Positions 1-9,512 of a stretch of 45,069 bases of DNA are shown here, piece by piece (the stretch's first letter is position 1; the number at the start of each line of letters is the position of its first letter). The notes beneath the pieces were generated by a model. The model was not told the origin of the DNA. It searched no databases and was given only the letters and a program-made list of their open reading frames with translations. The DNA is taken from positions 1-45,069 of the forward strand of contig JBIKVD010000002.1 of assembly GCA_044357055.1 (NCBI GenBank). Direction: 5' to 3'. The translations under genes and the position numbers were made by a program. The DNA comes from Oligoflexales bacterium. Lineage in GTDB: Bacteria > Bdellovibrionota_B > Oligoflexia > Oligoflexales > JBIKVD01.

Positions 1-532
1 AGTCACAGAAGCGTACTTTCATACCCAAGCTCCTCACGGATCGAGCAACAGTGGAACCAATGGAGCCCAAGCCGACAATCCCTAAGGTGAGTCCTTGCAG
101 AGACTGAGACTCCTTGCGCTCCCATCGACCAGCCTGCATAGCAGCTAAATCTTTTGAAAAGCCCCGAAAATGGTTTAACAAATGAAAGAGGACGAGTTCG
201 GTGACGGCCACTTTATTGATGCCGACAGGGTAATGAAGTTTCACACCACTGCCTTGAAAGGCCGCTATATCTAAAGCTTCCATACCGACGCCATATTTAA
301 GAACGACTTTAAGGCTAGGGCAGGACCTTAAGGTCAAGTCAGTGACAGGCTCATGCCCAATTAAGATAACCTGGGCGCCGTGAGCCTGAATCTGCTGAAT
401 CAACTCTAACTCGTCATAGGTCGGCAACAAGGAAAGCACCTCAATGCCAAAGTGGCTGTCACGCAACTCACGCATCAGCACCGCACTGGCAGCAAAACTT
501 CCAGAAAAAACAGCCACTTTAATCTTGGTCAT
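1..532 (-). CDS. D-isomer-specific 2-hydroxyacid dehydrogenase (phosphoglycerate dehydrogenase-like), runs off the left edge
   Basis: Not in the ORF track. Manual translation: MTKIKVAVFSGSF...CPSLKVVLKYGVGMEALDI...GINKVAVTEL...GRWERKESQSLQGLTLGIVGLGSIGSTVAR, with the GxGxxG NAD motif and YGVG substrate-domain motif. Alternative in-frame ATG at 559. Confidence 0.85.
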   Translation of the reverse strand, partial: MTKIKVAVFSGSFAASAVLMRELRDSHFGIEVLSLLPTYDELELIQQIQAHGAQVILIGHEPVTDLTLRSCPSLKVVLKYGVGMEALDIAAFQGSGVKLHYPVGINKVAVTELVLFHLLNHFRGFSKDLAAMQAGRWERKESQSLQGLTLGIVGLGSIGSTVARSVRSLGMKVRFCD

Positions 533-622
533 TTTCAGACGACTTTCTCTGTGTTCCATTGAAAACTAGGAGCAAGCGAAATATATTTCTAGGGCCTAGG
601 CATCATCGTTATCGGCCATGAA

Positions 623-2479
623 ATGGCTTCTATCTGGAACCTGTCGGGAAGTCGAGTGCCAATGAACAATCTTGATGATCTGAAATTAAGAATCCTCAAT
701 ACCGTCCCTTTGGAGCAACTCGTCTCTGAGCTTACTCCCGCCAAAAAGCAAGGCGGACGGCTCTTCGCACTTTGCCCCTTTCATGAAGAAAAATCACCAA
801 GTTTTACGGTCTTTGAAGGGCGTCGATTCTATTGCTTCGGTTGCAAAGCTTCAGGAGACGTTATTGATTTGGTGCGTCGAAGTCGAGGTATTGGCTTTGT
901 CGAGGCCCTAAAAGTTCTCGCGGAACGATTTCAGATCGAGGCTCCGGAATTAGAACAATCAGCAGAACAAAAATCCCGATTTTCGCAGCTGGCTGCCTAT
1001 CATCACATGATGCAGATAGCGGCAAAGCACTTTGAGAGCAATTTGCGGCATCCCTCTGGCCAACTAGCGAGAAGCTATTTACAAGACCGTGGCATAGAAA
1101 GCGCCACCATAAACACCTTTGGTTTGGGCTTGGCTAAGGACTCTTTCCAAGACTTGGCGGATGTTCTGAAACGACAAAATTTCTCGACCTTTGATGGGAT
1201 TAAACTCAGTCTACTAAAATCGAAAGATCCAACAGGACCTAGTGCCTATGATTTCTTCCGCAATCGCACCATGGTCCCAATCCATGATCCCTCTGGGCGC
1301 GTTATTGCTTTTGGTGGAAGAGACCTCGGAGATCGAGGTCCCAAATATCTCAATAGCGCGGAAACCCCACTGTATGCCAAGCGGCAGCATCTTTTCGCCT
1401 ACCATTTGGCAGTGACGACGATTCGCAAAAGCAAAAGGGTCATCGTTACGGAAGGGTACATGGATACCATCCAATTGTGGCAGCAAGGATTCCAAGACAG
1501 CGTTGCCTGCCTGGGAACGGCACTGACCTATGAACAGGTAAAACTCCTTTCTAGCCAAGCTCAATTCCTATACTTGGTCTTCGATGGAGATTCCGCTGGT
1601 CGCAAGGCTATCACCGACACTCTGGATTTAGCCCTTGCCTTTCCAACCATGCAGTTTCGTGCTGTCGTTCTACCTAAAGGCGATGATCCCGATAGCTTGC
1701 TGAGAAAACCGAATGGTAAAGCAGCTTTTGAACATTGTTTGCAGGCGGCCATTCCCCTGTTCGACTTTGTCTTGTCTGAGCAAATGCGAGGATTAGAGCA
1801 TGGGGGCATCCCCGGCCTCTTAGAAACTAGCGTCATGCATTGGCTGCTCAAAGTTCAAGATCCTATTCGCAAAGCCTATCTGTTGGCGAAGGTCGCCGAC
1901 TATAGCGGTGTGCCGGTTAAAGCTGTGGAAGACGGATTGCTGCAGCTAAAGCAATCCATGACCGCACCCACCCGTCTGACCCGGACAGGACTGGATACAG
2001 CACCCTCAAATCGCGCTCCTATACGGACTAGCCTTGACCGACTTGGGTACGAATTTTTGGCGCATCTCTACTTTACTCAATCGACGCCTGAGATCCTTGA
2101 GGATCTCCGGGTTCTCTTTGAAAAGCGCCTATTGTCGGACGCCAGACTTGAAGCTCTAGCTCAAGATTTCCTCACGCTCCTACAAGCGGGAACCCCTGCC
2201 TTCGAGCAACCTTTTTCGAGAATCCCCGCTAGCACCGATGGGGAGATCCTGGAGCTTTTACAGGAGTTTCAGAGCAAGAAAGCGGCATTTCTAGCGAACT
2301 CTCCGGGAAATCCCTTTAGCGTCCTAAGGAGGCGGTCGGAACACAAAACCTATGTCCAAACCATTGATATGCTTAAACGCCACCTGCATCAGATGGACAG
2401 AGAGGCCGATTCTTCCCTCATCCTCAGAGAAATCCTCTCGTTAACCAACAAAATGAAAGAACTAGACATGGCAAATTGA
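623..2479 (+). CDS. dnaG: DNA primase
   Basis: CHC2 zinc finger (CPFHEEKSPSF...FYCFGC), PKYLNS, TOPRIM motifs EGYMD, FDGDSAG and DPD; sits upstream of rpoD. Start may be ATG 662. Confidence 0.97.
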   Translation: MASIWNLSGSRVPMNNLDDLKLRILNTVPLEQLVSELTPAKKQGGRLFALCPFHEEKSPSFTVFEGRRFYCFGCKASGDVIDLVRRSRGIGFVEALKVLAERFQIEAPELEQSAEQKSRFSQLAAYHHMMQIAAKHFESNLRHPSGQLARSYLQDRGIESATINTFGLGLAKDSFQDLADVLKRQNFSTFDGIKLSLLKSKDPTGPSAYDFFRNRTMVPIHDPSGRVIAFGGRDLGDRGPKYLNSAETPLYAKRQHLFAYHLAVTTIRKSKRVIVTEGYMDTIQLWQQGFQDSVACLGTALTYEQVKLLSSQAQFLYLVFDGDSAGRKAITDTLDLALAFPTMQFRAVVLPKGDDPDSLLRKPNGKAAFEHCLQAAIPLFDFVLSEQMRGLEHGGIPGLLETSVMHWLLKVQDPIRKAYLLAKVADYSGVPVKAVEDGLLQLKQSMTAPTRLTRTGLDTAPSNRAPIRTSLDRLGYEFLAHLYFTQSTPEILEDLRVLFEKRLLSDARLEALAQDFLTLLQAGTPAFEQPFSRIPASTDGEILELLQEFQSKKAAFLANSPGNPFSVLRRRSEHKTYVQTIDMLKRHLHQMDREADSSLILREILSLTNKMKELDMAN

Positions 2480-2692
2480 CCTAAGCTGTATGGGGCCCCC
2501 CTAAACTCGAAGTTGGCACATAAATTGCTAAAATATCTGCTGCAAATTGAGCGTCTGTTATATTCAGGTAAATTTGACTTTACTATCTGCCTTTTATAGA
2601 GTGGCATCTTAAACAAATTTTGCTCGCGCTGACATTCCAAGCTGATCTCAGGAAGTCTCAAACGATGCGCAAACCTTTTTGGGTGGGGACTT

Positions 2693-5161
2693 ATGTCTAA
2701 GAAAAACGTCGCAAGCTCTGCAAAATCTGTAAAGAAGAAAGCGCCGCCTGCAAAAGCAGCTGCGAAGAAGAATGGCAAGGAGCTTGTGACTGCGAAGAAA
2801 GCCTCAGAATCCAAGCCAACAGAGATGAAGTCTGTCGACAAAACGGCAAAAAAAACCACCGAAAAAATCGACAAATCCATCCCGGGCAAAAAAGTAGCCG
2901 TCAAACCATTGGATGAAAAATCCATAGCAAAAATGCCGGGAAAAAAACCTGAGCTAATAAAGGTCCCTGCCGCAAACCTCAAAGGCAAATCGGTAGCCGC
3001 TGATCAAACTCAAGCTGGTCCGAAAGAAGTCTTTGATAGTGCTCTGACTAGAAAAGCCCCTATAGGGAAAACAAAGTCAGAAGCCACCGCTAAAACCCCC
3101 GCTTTATCGAGCGCGCCCGCACAGAAGAATCTTGGGAAGAAGGTACCGACTCCAGCGGCTAAGGGCTTGGGTGGGAAACCTGGCCCAAAAACCACTGCAA
3201 CTCCAAACCAGACGGATAAGGACCAGGTACCTGACCTGGATGATGATTTGGACGACGATCTCTTACTGGACGATGATGAAGAAGACGAGTTCGCCGCCCC
3301 GGCAAAATCTACGAAAGGTAAAGGGACAAAACTAACTCCCGTAGCAAAGCCAGCAAAAACCGCAGCGGCAAATGCTCAAACCCTTGAACTCAAATCCATC
3401 GCGCAAGATTTGCGCAAGAGCGCTCAGAAGACAAATGACACTTTAACTTATGCCCAGGTCAAGAAAAGCCTCCCAGATGACGAGTTTGAGCCCTCTGCAC
3501 TTGAAGATTTGATAGGTTTTCTTGCTGATGACGGCATCAGTATCATTGATGGCGAAAAAGCGAAGTTAACGGGTGACTTCGCCGACAAGCTCGCCAGCAA
3601 ATTAGAAGATGAAGACGACTTAGCTTTACCGCCCGCAGACGAAGAGGATGTGGAAGTACCAGAATTCGTCGACGTTGAAGATGAAAAAGTCAAAGCGACG
3701 ATGACGACAGCCGACTTTGGCAAATCGAATGATCCCGTGCGAATCTATCTTCGCAAAATGGGAAGCGTCGCCTTATTATCTCGCGATGGCGAAGTGGAAA
3801 TTGCGAAAAAAATCGAATTTGAAGAAAATCGCATTCTAGAGCGCCTTTTGCACCTAAAGGTGGGAATCGATACGATCATCGGTGCCGCTCGCAAATTCGT
3901 GGACGGCGAAATTCGCATGAAAGGTTTCATCAAGGGTTACGATGACGATGAGGCCTCGAATAACGAAGAACTCCATTTGGAAAAAATCAGAGCTGCGACC
4001 ATCGAGTTCTTGAAAGTTTTTGATGAATTCGAAAGGAAGCAAAAGGGCTGCGATGGTTCTGCCAAATCACAAAAGGCGGTTGAGTCTTGGCGACAGAAGA
4101 TTCTCGATGCTCTTAAAGAACTAAACATCAACCGAAAGCTTCTCTCAAATGCAATAGATATTCTCGCCGACCACTCCACCTCTCTAAAGGAGGTGGAACA
4201 AGACATGGCGTATTACTCGAAGCGCTTGGCGACAGATATCGAAACACTCAAAAACCATGTGACGAAGCACCCTGACGTTGCTTTTGGCTCATCCAATCCA
4301 CGAGAATGGCAACGGGTGTCCCGCATCTTTCAAAAGGGCATCGAGGGGACCCACCGAGCCAAGGAAGATGTCAACTTGAACCCACGGGAACTGCACCAAA
4401 CTTATACTGAGTTGGTGAGCATGCAAAGAGTGGCAGAAGCCGCGAAAAGAGAGCTGGTCGAAGCGAACTTGCGCCTCGTGGTTTCCATTGCCAAAAAATA
4501 CACGAATCGCGGGTTACAATTTCTTGACCTGATTCAAGAAGGCAATATTGGCCTGATGAAGGCCGTTGATAAATTCGAATACCGCCGCGGTTACAAGTTT
4601 TCCACCTATGCTACTTGGTGGATACGCCAAGCGATTACCCGCGCCATTGCTGATCAGGCTCGGACGATTAGAATCCCCGTTCACATGATTGAAACCATTA
4701 ACAAGCTTATCCGCACCAGTCGCTATCTGGTGCAAGAGATGGGTCGAGAACCCACACCCGAAGAAATTGCCGCGCGCATGGATCTGTCGTTGGATAAAGT
4801 GCGCAAGGTTTTAAAAATTGCCATCGAGCCGATCTCCTTAGAGACTCCAATCGGTGAGGAAGAAGACAATAATATTGGCGATTTCCTTGAAGATAAAAGC
4901 CAACTTAATCCCTCAGAATCCGTTATGTCAGGAAGTTTGGCCGAGCAAACCGTCAAAGCGCTCGCAACCCTGACTCCCAGAGAAGAAAAAGTACTGAGAA
5001 TGCGTTTTGGTATCGGAGAACGCAGCGACCACACCTTGGAAGAAGTGGGACAGAATTTTGAGGTTACTCGAGAAAGAATTCGGCAAATCGAAGCGAAGGC
5101 GCTGCGCAAATTGCGCCACCCTTCTCGCTCCAAGAAACTCAGGGCCTTTATTGAGTCTTGA
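2693..5161 (+). CDS. rpoD: RNA polymerase primary sigma factor (sigma70) with long Lys/Ala-rich and acidic N-terminal extension
   Basis: [11 protein letters not shown] (region 1.2), [28 protein letters not shown] (region 2), [22 protein letters not shown] (region 4.2). Confidence 0.98.
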   Translation: MSKKNVASSAKSVKKKAPPAKAAAKKNGKELVTAKKASESKPTEMKSVDKTAKKTTEKIDKSIPGKKVAVKPLDEKSIAKMPGKKPELIKVPAANLKGKSVAADQTQAGPKEVFDSALTRKAPIGKTKSEATAKTPALSSAPAQKNLGKKVPTPAAKGLGGKPGPKTTATPNQTDKDQVPDLDDDLDDDLLLDDDEEDEFAAPAKSTKGKGTKLTPVAKPAKTAAANAQTLELKSIAQDLRKSAQKTNDTLTYAQVKKSLPDDEFEPSALEDLIGFLADDGISIIDGEKAKLTGDFADKLASKLEDEDDLALPPADEEDVEVPEFVDVEDEKVKATMTTADFGKSNDPVRIYLRKMGSVALLSRDGEVEIAKKIEFEENRILERLLHLKVGIDTIIGAARKFVDGEIRMKGFIKGYDDDEASNNEELHLEKIRAATIEFLKVFDEFERKQKGCDGSAKSQKAVESWRQKILDALKELNINRKLLSNAIDILADHSTSLKEVEQDMAYYSKRLATDIETLKNHVTKHPDVAFGSSNPREWQRVSRIFQKGIEGTHRAKEDVNLNPRELHQTYTELVSMQRVAEAAKRELVEANLRLVVSIAKKYTNRGLQFLDLIQEGNIGLMKAVDKFEYRRGYKFSTYATWWIRQAITRAIADQARTIRIPVHMIETINKLIRTSRYLVQEMGREPTPEEIAARMDLSLDKVRKVLKIAIEPISLETPIGEEEDNNIGDFLEDKSQLNPSESVMSGSLAEQTVKALATLTPREEKVLRMRFGIGERSDHTLEEVGQNFEVTRERIRQIEAKALRKLRHPSRSKKLRAFIES

Positions 5162-5246
5162 TTCATTGATTTTGTTAGGAATATTTCTTGCCTCAACGCA
5201 AGAAATTCACGTATGTTCAGAATCCTTCTCCTGTGTCTTCTCTTAA

Positions 5247-5320
<74 letters not shown>

Positions 5321-5343
5321 CTCTTTTCGCGATGTTACAGGTT

Positions 5344-5391
5344 TGTTGGTTAGATTTTGAATCTTCGTGTTGGTTAGATTTCTAACCAACA
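5344..5391. repeat. TGTTGGTTAGA motif, two direct copies and one inverted; candidate integrase arm-type sites
   Basis: tgttggttagattt at 5344-5357 and 5368-5381; perfect palindrome TGTTGGTTAGA-TT-TCTAACCAACA at 5368-5391. Confidence 0.7.
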
Positions 5392-5404
5392 GTAAGTACC
5401 TGAA

Positions 5405-5734
5405 ATGAATGTTATAGATCCCCGCCTAAAATTAATCGCTAAATACCAAGCCAATAATCTCCGATTACTGTCAGAAATGATGAACAATGACTATTGGTCA
5501 AAAGCCAGGTTTTTGGAAGAAATTGACGAGCATTACAGGATGCTATTGAATAACTGGCCAAGGATGTCAAAGACTCGGAGGCTGGAGCAATGGCGGTTAG
5601 CGAAAAAATGGGCAAAGGAAGAGAACATTACCACCCCCAGACGGAATTCAGAATTGAACCGCCTTCCGGACGATCTAAGTCATTTAGGATTAGATTCAAC
5701 TCACCGGCTACCCAGGGCAAATGGGTACCAATAA
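5405..5734 (+). CDS. Hypothetical basic protein overlapping the 5' end of the integrase
   Basis: 109-aa ATG ORF between the att site and the integrase; overlaps it by ~130-145 nt; no recognised motif. Confidence 0.35.
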   Translation: MNVIDPRLKLIAKYQANNLRLLSEMMNNDYWSKARFLEEIDEHYRMLLNNWPRMSKTRRLEQWRLAKKWAKEENITTPRRNSELNRLPDDLSHLGLDSTHRLPRANGYQ

Positions 5735-6756
5735 ACCTACCTGAAATCGATATTGCCAATGACCATTTTAAGTCAGGTTTGGTTTCCAAAGAACACACAA
5801 AAGAGAAATTAAAATTAATCCTCCAAGGGCTCTACGCTGAACGCGATAAAGTTAAGAAAAAGCCCGAATTTCAATCCAAAAACATCGAACTCGTTAAGAA
5901 ACTTTGGGAAGAAAAGTATACCCGAAGACGCCTTAAAACCCTTAAAAGACCAAATGAATCATACAACGATTATATGAGAGCTGCGGAAGCAGTTGGCATG
6001 ATGCCACTAGACACCTGCAATCTTGAAGATCTAGAAGATCATTTACACGACACTCTTGGCGAAAAGCCAACCATTCTACGTCGGCGAATCATATGGATTA
6101 ACTCAATATTGATGTGGCTTGGGCGACCTAAAATTCCCCAATTGAAAAGGATGCCTCGTAAGTCGGTACGCTATCTTACTGAGGATGAGTTTTTCCAAGT
6201 TTACACTCATCTTAATGGCCATCCGTGGGATAGAACATTAGCTAAAATTGCATTTTATACCGGAATGCGAGTAGGAGAGATTTTTGGCCTTTATTCAAAA
6301 GACGTTCTCAAGAATCAGGCTTTGGTCGTTAATCAAATGAAAGCAAAAAGGGAAAATCATAAAGATGACACGACTAAAACTGACTCAGAACGCAGAGTCA
6401 TTATTCTTGACGAAGTAGCGGAAGATCTGAAGAACTGGGTGCAGGTTTCTAATGAAGAACGAGTAAAAATTAGGGATCGCCATTATGCAGATGTCATATC
6501 TAACGCCTGTCTGAAAGCTTTTCCCAAAGATGAGCAAAAACATCTCAATTTTCGCGATCTAAGGCACTGTTGTGCAATTTATATGTTACAAAACGGAATA
6601 CCGATCCATCTAGTGGCCCAACAACTCGGGAATGCTGTAGAAGTTACTGAACGATTTTACTCTGGCTTTATTTTGAAAGAAGAATCTATTGAGTTTATGC
6701 AAATGTTAATTTCAAAAGCCAAGGAAAAGAAAATATCCGAAGATTCTAATCGATAG
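5590..6756 (+). CDS. Tyrosine recombinase / integrase
   Basis: Box I TGMRVGEIFGL, catalytic Lys (TTKT), box II NFRDLRH...VAQQLGN...TERFY; adjacent to a tRNA. Confidence 0.92.
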   Translation: MAVSEKMGKGREHYHPQTEFRIEPPSGRSKSFRIRFNSPATQGKWVPINLPEIDIANDHFKSGLVSKEHTKEKLKLILQGLYAERDKVKKKPEFQSKNIELVKKLWEEKYTRRRLKTLKRPNESYNDYMRAAEAVGMMPLDTCNLEDLEDHLHDTLGEKPTILRRRIIWINSILMWLGRPKIPQLKRMPRKSVRYLTEDEFFQVYTHLNGHPWDRTLAKIAFYTGMRVGEIFGLYSKDVLKNQALVVNQMKAKRENHKDDTTKTDSERRVIILDEVAEDLKNWVQVSNEERVKIRDRHYADVISNACLKAFPKDEQKHLNFRDLRHCCAIYMLQNGIPIHLVAQQLGNAVEVTERFYSGFILKEESIEFMQMLISKAKEKKISEDSNR

Positions 6757-6819
6757 CTGGCTCTGAATTTACACAATCCTTTAATGTCCGCAGCCAATTG
6801 AGGGCAAAAATATTCTACC

Positions 6820-7068
6820 GCATTCTTGGTTTTGATCATCAATGTAATTTGCATATTACTTCTCGCGAAACATCGAAACGGAGAAGTTCACATGAAAGCA
6901 AGTTAGATATTATCGACAAATGATGTAATTTCAAATACCGGCGTGATTTTGGCTGGCATATTTGTGGCTGTAACAGGTTCAGCATATCCCGATTTAATAA
7001 TTGGACTCATAATTTCAGCCATTGTGCTAACCGGCGCGTTCATAATTTTGAAACTTTCTAAAGGCTAG
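6820..7068 (+). pseudogene. 3' remnant of a CDF-type cation transporter with an internal stop
   Basis: Manual translation AFLVLIINVICILLLAKHRNGEVHMKAS*ILSTNDVISNTGVILAGIFVAVTGSAYPDLIIG... aligns with the intact 12981-13589 protein (NVICLRLLWRHRNDDINFSSVWACSRNDVIANT...WPDLIVG). TAG at 6904-6906 replaces the Trp. Confidence 0.85.
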
Positions 7069-7293
7069 TGCAGTATTTGGATCTTCGTTGAGAATCTACT
7101 GATTCTCTCCTGGAATCCCATAAAAACATCATTTAATTCAAATTTTGAATACAGCGTGATCGCAACATGTCTTTCTTCTATACTATATTGTGAACTCCTC
7201 CAATTCTTGGCACCTAAATGCATAAGAGGAGACTGAGTTCTTACTAACTGTATATCATCGAGGTTCCTCACGTTTTCAAAATATGAGGATTTG

Positions 7294-7929
7294 TCACACT
7301 AAAGGCGTTGAACTATCTGCTGCTGTTTTGTTTTTTATTGCAACCCCTATGACAAAGTCGCCAAAAAATTTGGTAACAAAATTATCTCCTATAGTTAACC
7401 CTATTTTCTCAAGTTCTCGTATAAATTCAGCAGAAGTGAAACGATCTGCTTTTGGATGATCTAGAAAGGTTCGATATAGCCATCGATCCAAGGCTTGCTT
7501 AGTGACTTCCTCAAAATAGAATCGGCCTCCTGGCTTTAATACCCGGACAATTTCCCTGATCGCATCTTTCCAATTGAGAACGTGATGAATGATCCCAAAG
7601 TCAAAAACTGCATCAAATGTACAGGGGTTAAATTGAAGATTCGAGACATCACCCACCTGAAGGTCAAGACTGGACAAAGAATAGTTAGATAGCCGGGCTT
7701 TTGCTTTTTTGACCATAATCGGATCTAAATCTATAGAACTTACTCGGCTGGCGCCGAATCGTTTAAAAATGATTTCGGTGCCGACTCCTCTTCCACATCC
7801 CACTTCCAGAACATTCAAGCCAATCGTTTTACCACCCAACTTCTCTAGTAACTTGGCTTCATAGAGGCGTTGAATATTTGACCTAACAGGATTATTCATC
7901 AAAGCTTTTTCAATGTAATTTAGTTTCAT
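7294..7929 (-). CDS. Class I SAM-dependent methyltransferase
   Basis: VLEVGCGRG motif I, IDLDP, GDV, FDAVFDFGIIHH, RVLKPGG. Confidence 0.92.
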   Translation of the reverse strand: MKLNYIEKALMNNPVRSNIQRLYEAKLLEKLGGKTIGLNVLEVGCGRGVGTEIIFKRFGASRVSSIDLDPIMVKKAKARLSNYSLSSLDLQVGDVSNLQFNPCTFDAVFDFGIIHHVLNWKDAIREIVRVLKPGGRFYFEEVTKQALDRWLYRTFLDHPKADRFTSAEFIRELEKIGLTIGDNFVTKFFGDFVIGVAIKNKTAADSSTPLV

Positions 7930-8256
7930 TTTTAGTCACGCCAATCCAAGCTTAATGCGCCATAAATTACAAATTGTTTCGTTATTGGGACTAAAATATC
8001 GATCATTTTTAATAGTTTCAACGAGAATATAAAAACAGACAATATTAGTCCGTCAGAAACAGCGTCGGTAGGATGCTGCTATTAAGTGTGATCAAATATC
8101 AGCGACGGCTTGCGGACTTTAATAAGGGATTCACTGTCGGTCACTCACCCTGTTTCAGGAAACCTGCCGCATAGAAACTCATAAAAGAATTTAACAGTTG
8201 GGGGGCGGTATGGAGGTACCGTTGAATTGGCTCTGAGAAATATTTCAGATGTCATT

Positions 8257-9216
8257 CTACTTAGATTGCATTCCATCGTCCAATGGCAATAAGCAGATGG
8301 TGCAATCACTATCCATTAATTTACATTCTTCTCTCGAAAATCGTCCAATTCTCACCGGAATTTCACCTCGTCTTTCTTGCTCCTTTGTCCATACAGTTTT
8401 TAGGCCAACTGCACCATGAGATTCGCGAACAATAACCATCGCCTTCCGGCTACCTTGAAATTCTGGATGTGTATCGATGATGACTGGCTTATTGTATCTT
8501 CCAATATAAAATTCGTGAATTGCCTTGAGACTTTCATGGCGAGCAATCGCCCGATTGATAATTAACATCTTCTCATCTGATGTATACTTCATAGGTGGAG
8601 AACTGATTCTTAGTTCTTTGCCATAAATACAATAGTCTGAATGAAATATGGCATTTCTTAATTTACGGTCCCAAATCTCACCCAGAATTACTCCAACATT
8701 ATCAAGGCTTGATCCCGCCACTGACTTGGAAATGCTCCCAATTTTTTCCCCGGGACTCATTGGTGCACCATTTTTCTTTGGAGGAAATCTACAGATGCTA
8801 TATCGACCACCCTTACTTACGTCAATCAAATTTGCAATAAGCTCGTACGGTTCAGATGCTTCTACGATATGTCCGTAGATCCATAATGCCAAGTGCGGAC
8901 TGGCAGCGTGATCGGCAATACCATGGTGTGCATCCAGTACACTTGAAATGCATTGGATTGTCGTCTCGTAAGGATCCCAACCAGCATCTCGAAGACCTCT
9001 TACTCTGAACAAGCTAAGGAGAAACTCGAACTCCGATTTTCTTTGAGCGCTACTAAATAGCGTGTCAAATACCGTAAGATATCTCGGTAAAGTTTCCCAA
9101 AATGAAGGGTGTCCTCCAAAATTTTCACCCGACTCTTTCCAGTCGTGAGGTAGGCTCCATTTCCCATCTTCACTTCGCAACAATCTTGAATTGCTTTCTT
9201 CTGTTTCTGAAATCAT
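8257..9216 (-). CDS. Hypothetical protein with HEPN-like RxxxxH motif
   Basis: 319-aa ORF containing LRNAIFHSDY. Confidence 0.6.
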   Translation of the reverse strand: MISETEESNSRLLRSEDGKWSLPHDWKESGENFGGHPSFWETLPRYLTVFDTLFSSAQRKSEFEFLLSLFRVRGLRDAGWDPYETTIQCISSVLDAHHGIADHAASPHLALWIYGHIVEASEPYELIANLIDVSKGGRYSICRFPPKKNGAPMSPGEKIGSISKSVAGSSLDNVGVILGEIWDRKLRNAIFHSDYCIYGKELRISSPPMKYTSDEKMLIINRAIARHESLKAIHEFYIGRYNKPVIIDTHPEFQGSRKAMVIVRESHGAVGLKTVWTKEQERRGEIPVRIGRFSREECKLMDSDCTICLLPLDDGMQSK

Positions 9217-9442
9217 TCATTTTCCTTAACTTTCAGGCGATAAGCGTAAATATAGCTTATGCGATGGAATCGCCTGTTTAACGAATGAATCATCAATAAG
9301 AAAAGGCGAAATTGAGCTTAAGCCAAAATTAACTCAACGAAAAATATGGCGAAATAAGTGAAAGCACAGTTCAGAAAGCCTTACATGGTACTTTGAACCT
9401 GGCACCTTCCAATGCCAAATAATTTTCGCTTCTCTATATATA

Positions 9443-9473
9443 AAAATACCCTCGAAGAATGAGTCTTCGAGGG
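9443..9473 (-). terminator. Rho-independent terminator after the PAD gene
   Basis: CCCTCGAAGA-N5-TCTTCGAGGG (9449-9473) followed by TATTTTT on the minus strand, about 40 nt past the stop. Confidence 0.8.
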
Positions 9474-9512
9474 GTTTAAATTTGTATCAAGATTTTCTAA
9501 TCAGATAACTGG

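Noticed and set aside
2389-5196. Antisense ORFs over rpoD (for example 2389-2988 and 4723-5196)
   Set aside because: Shadows of a conserved gene with biased composition; no motifs.
7065-7271. 68-aa minus-strand ORF after the methyltransferase
   Set aside because: Non-ATG start and no recognisable motif; cannot be supported.
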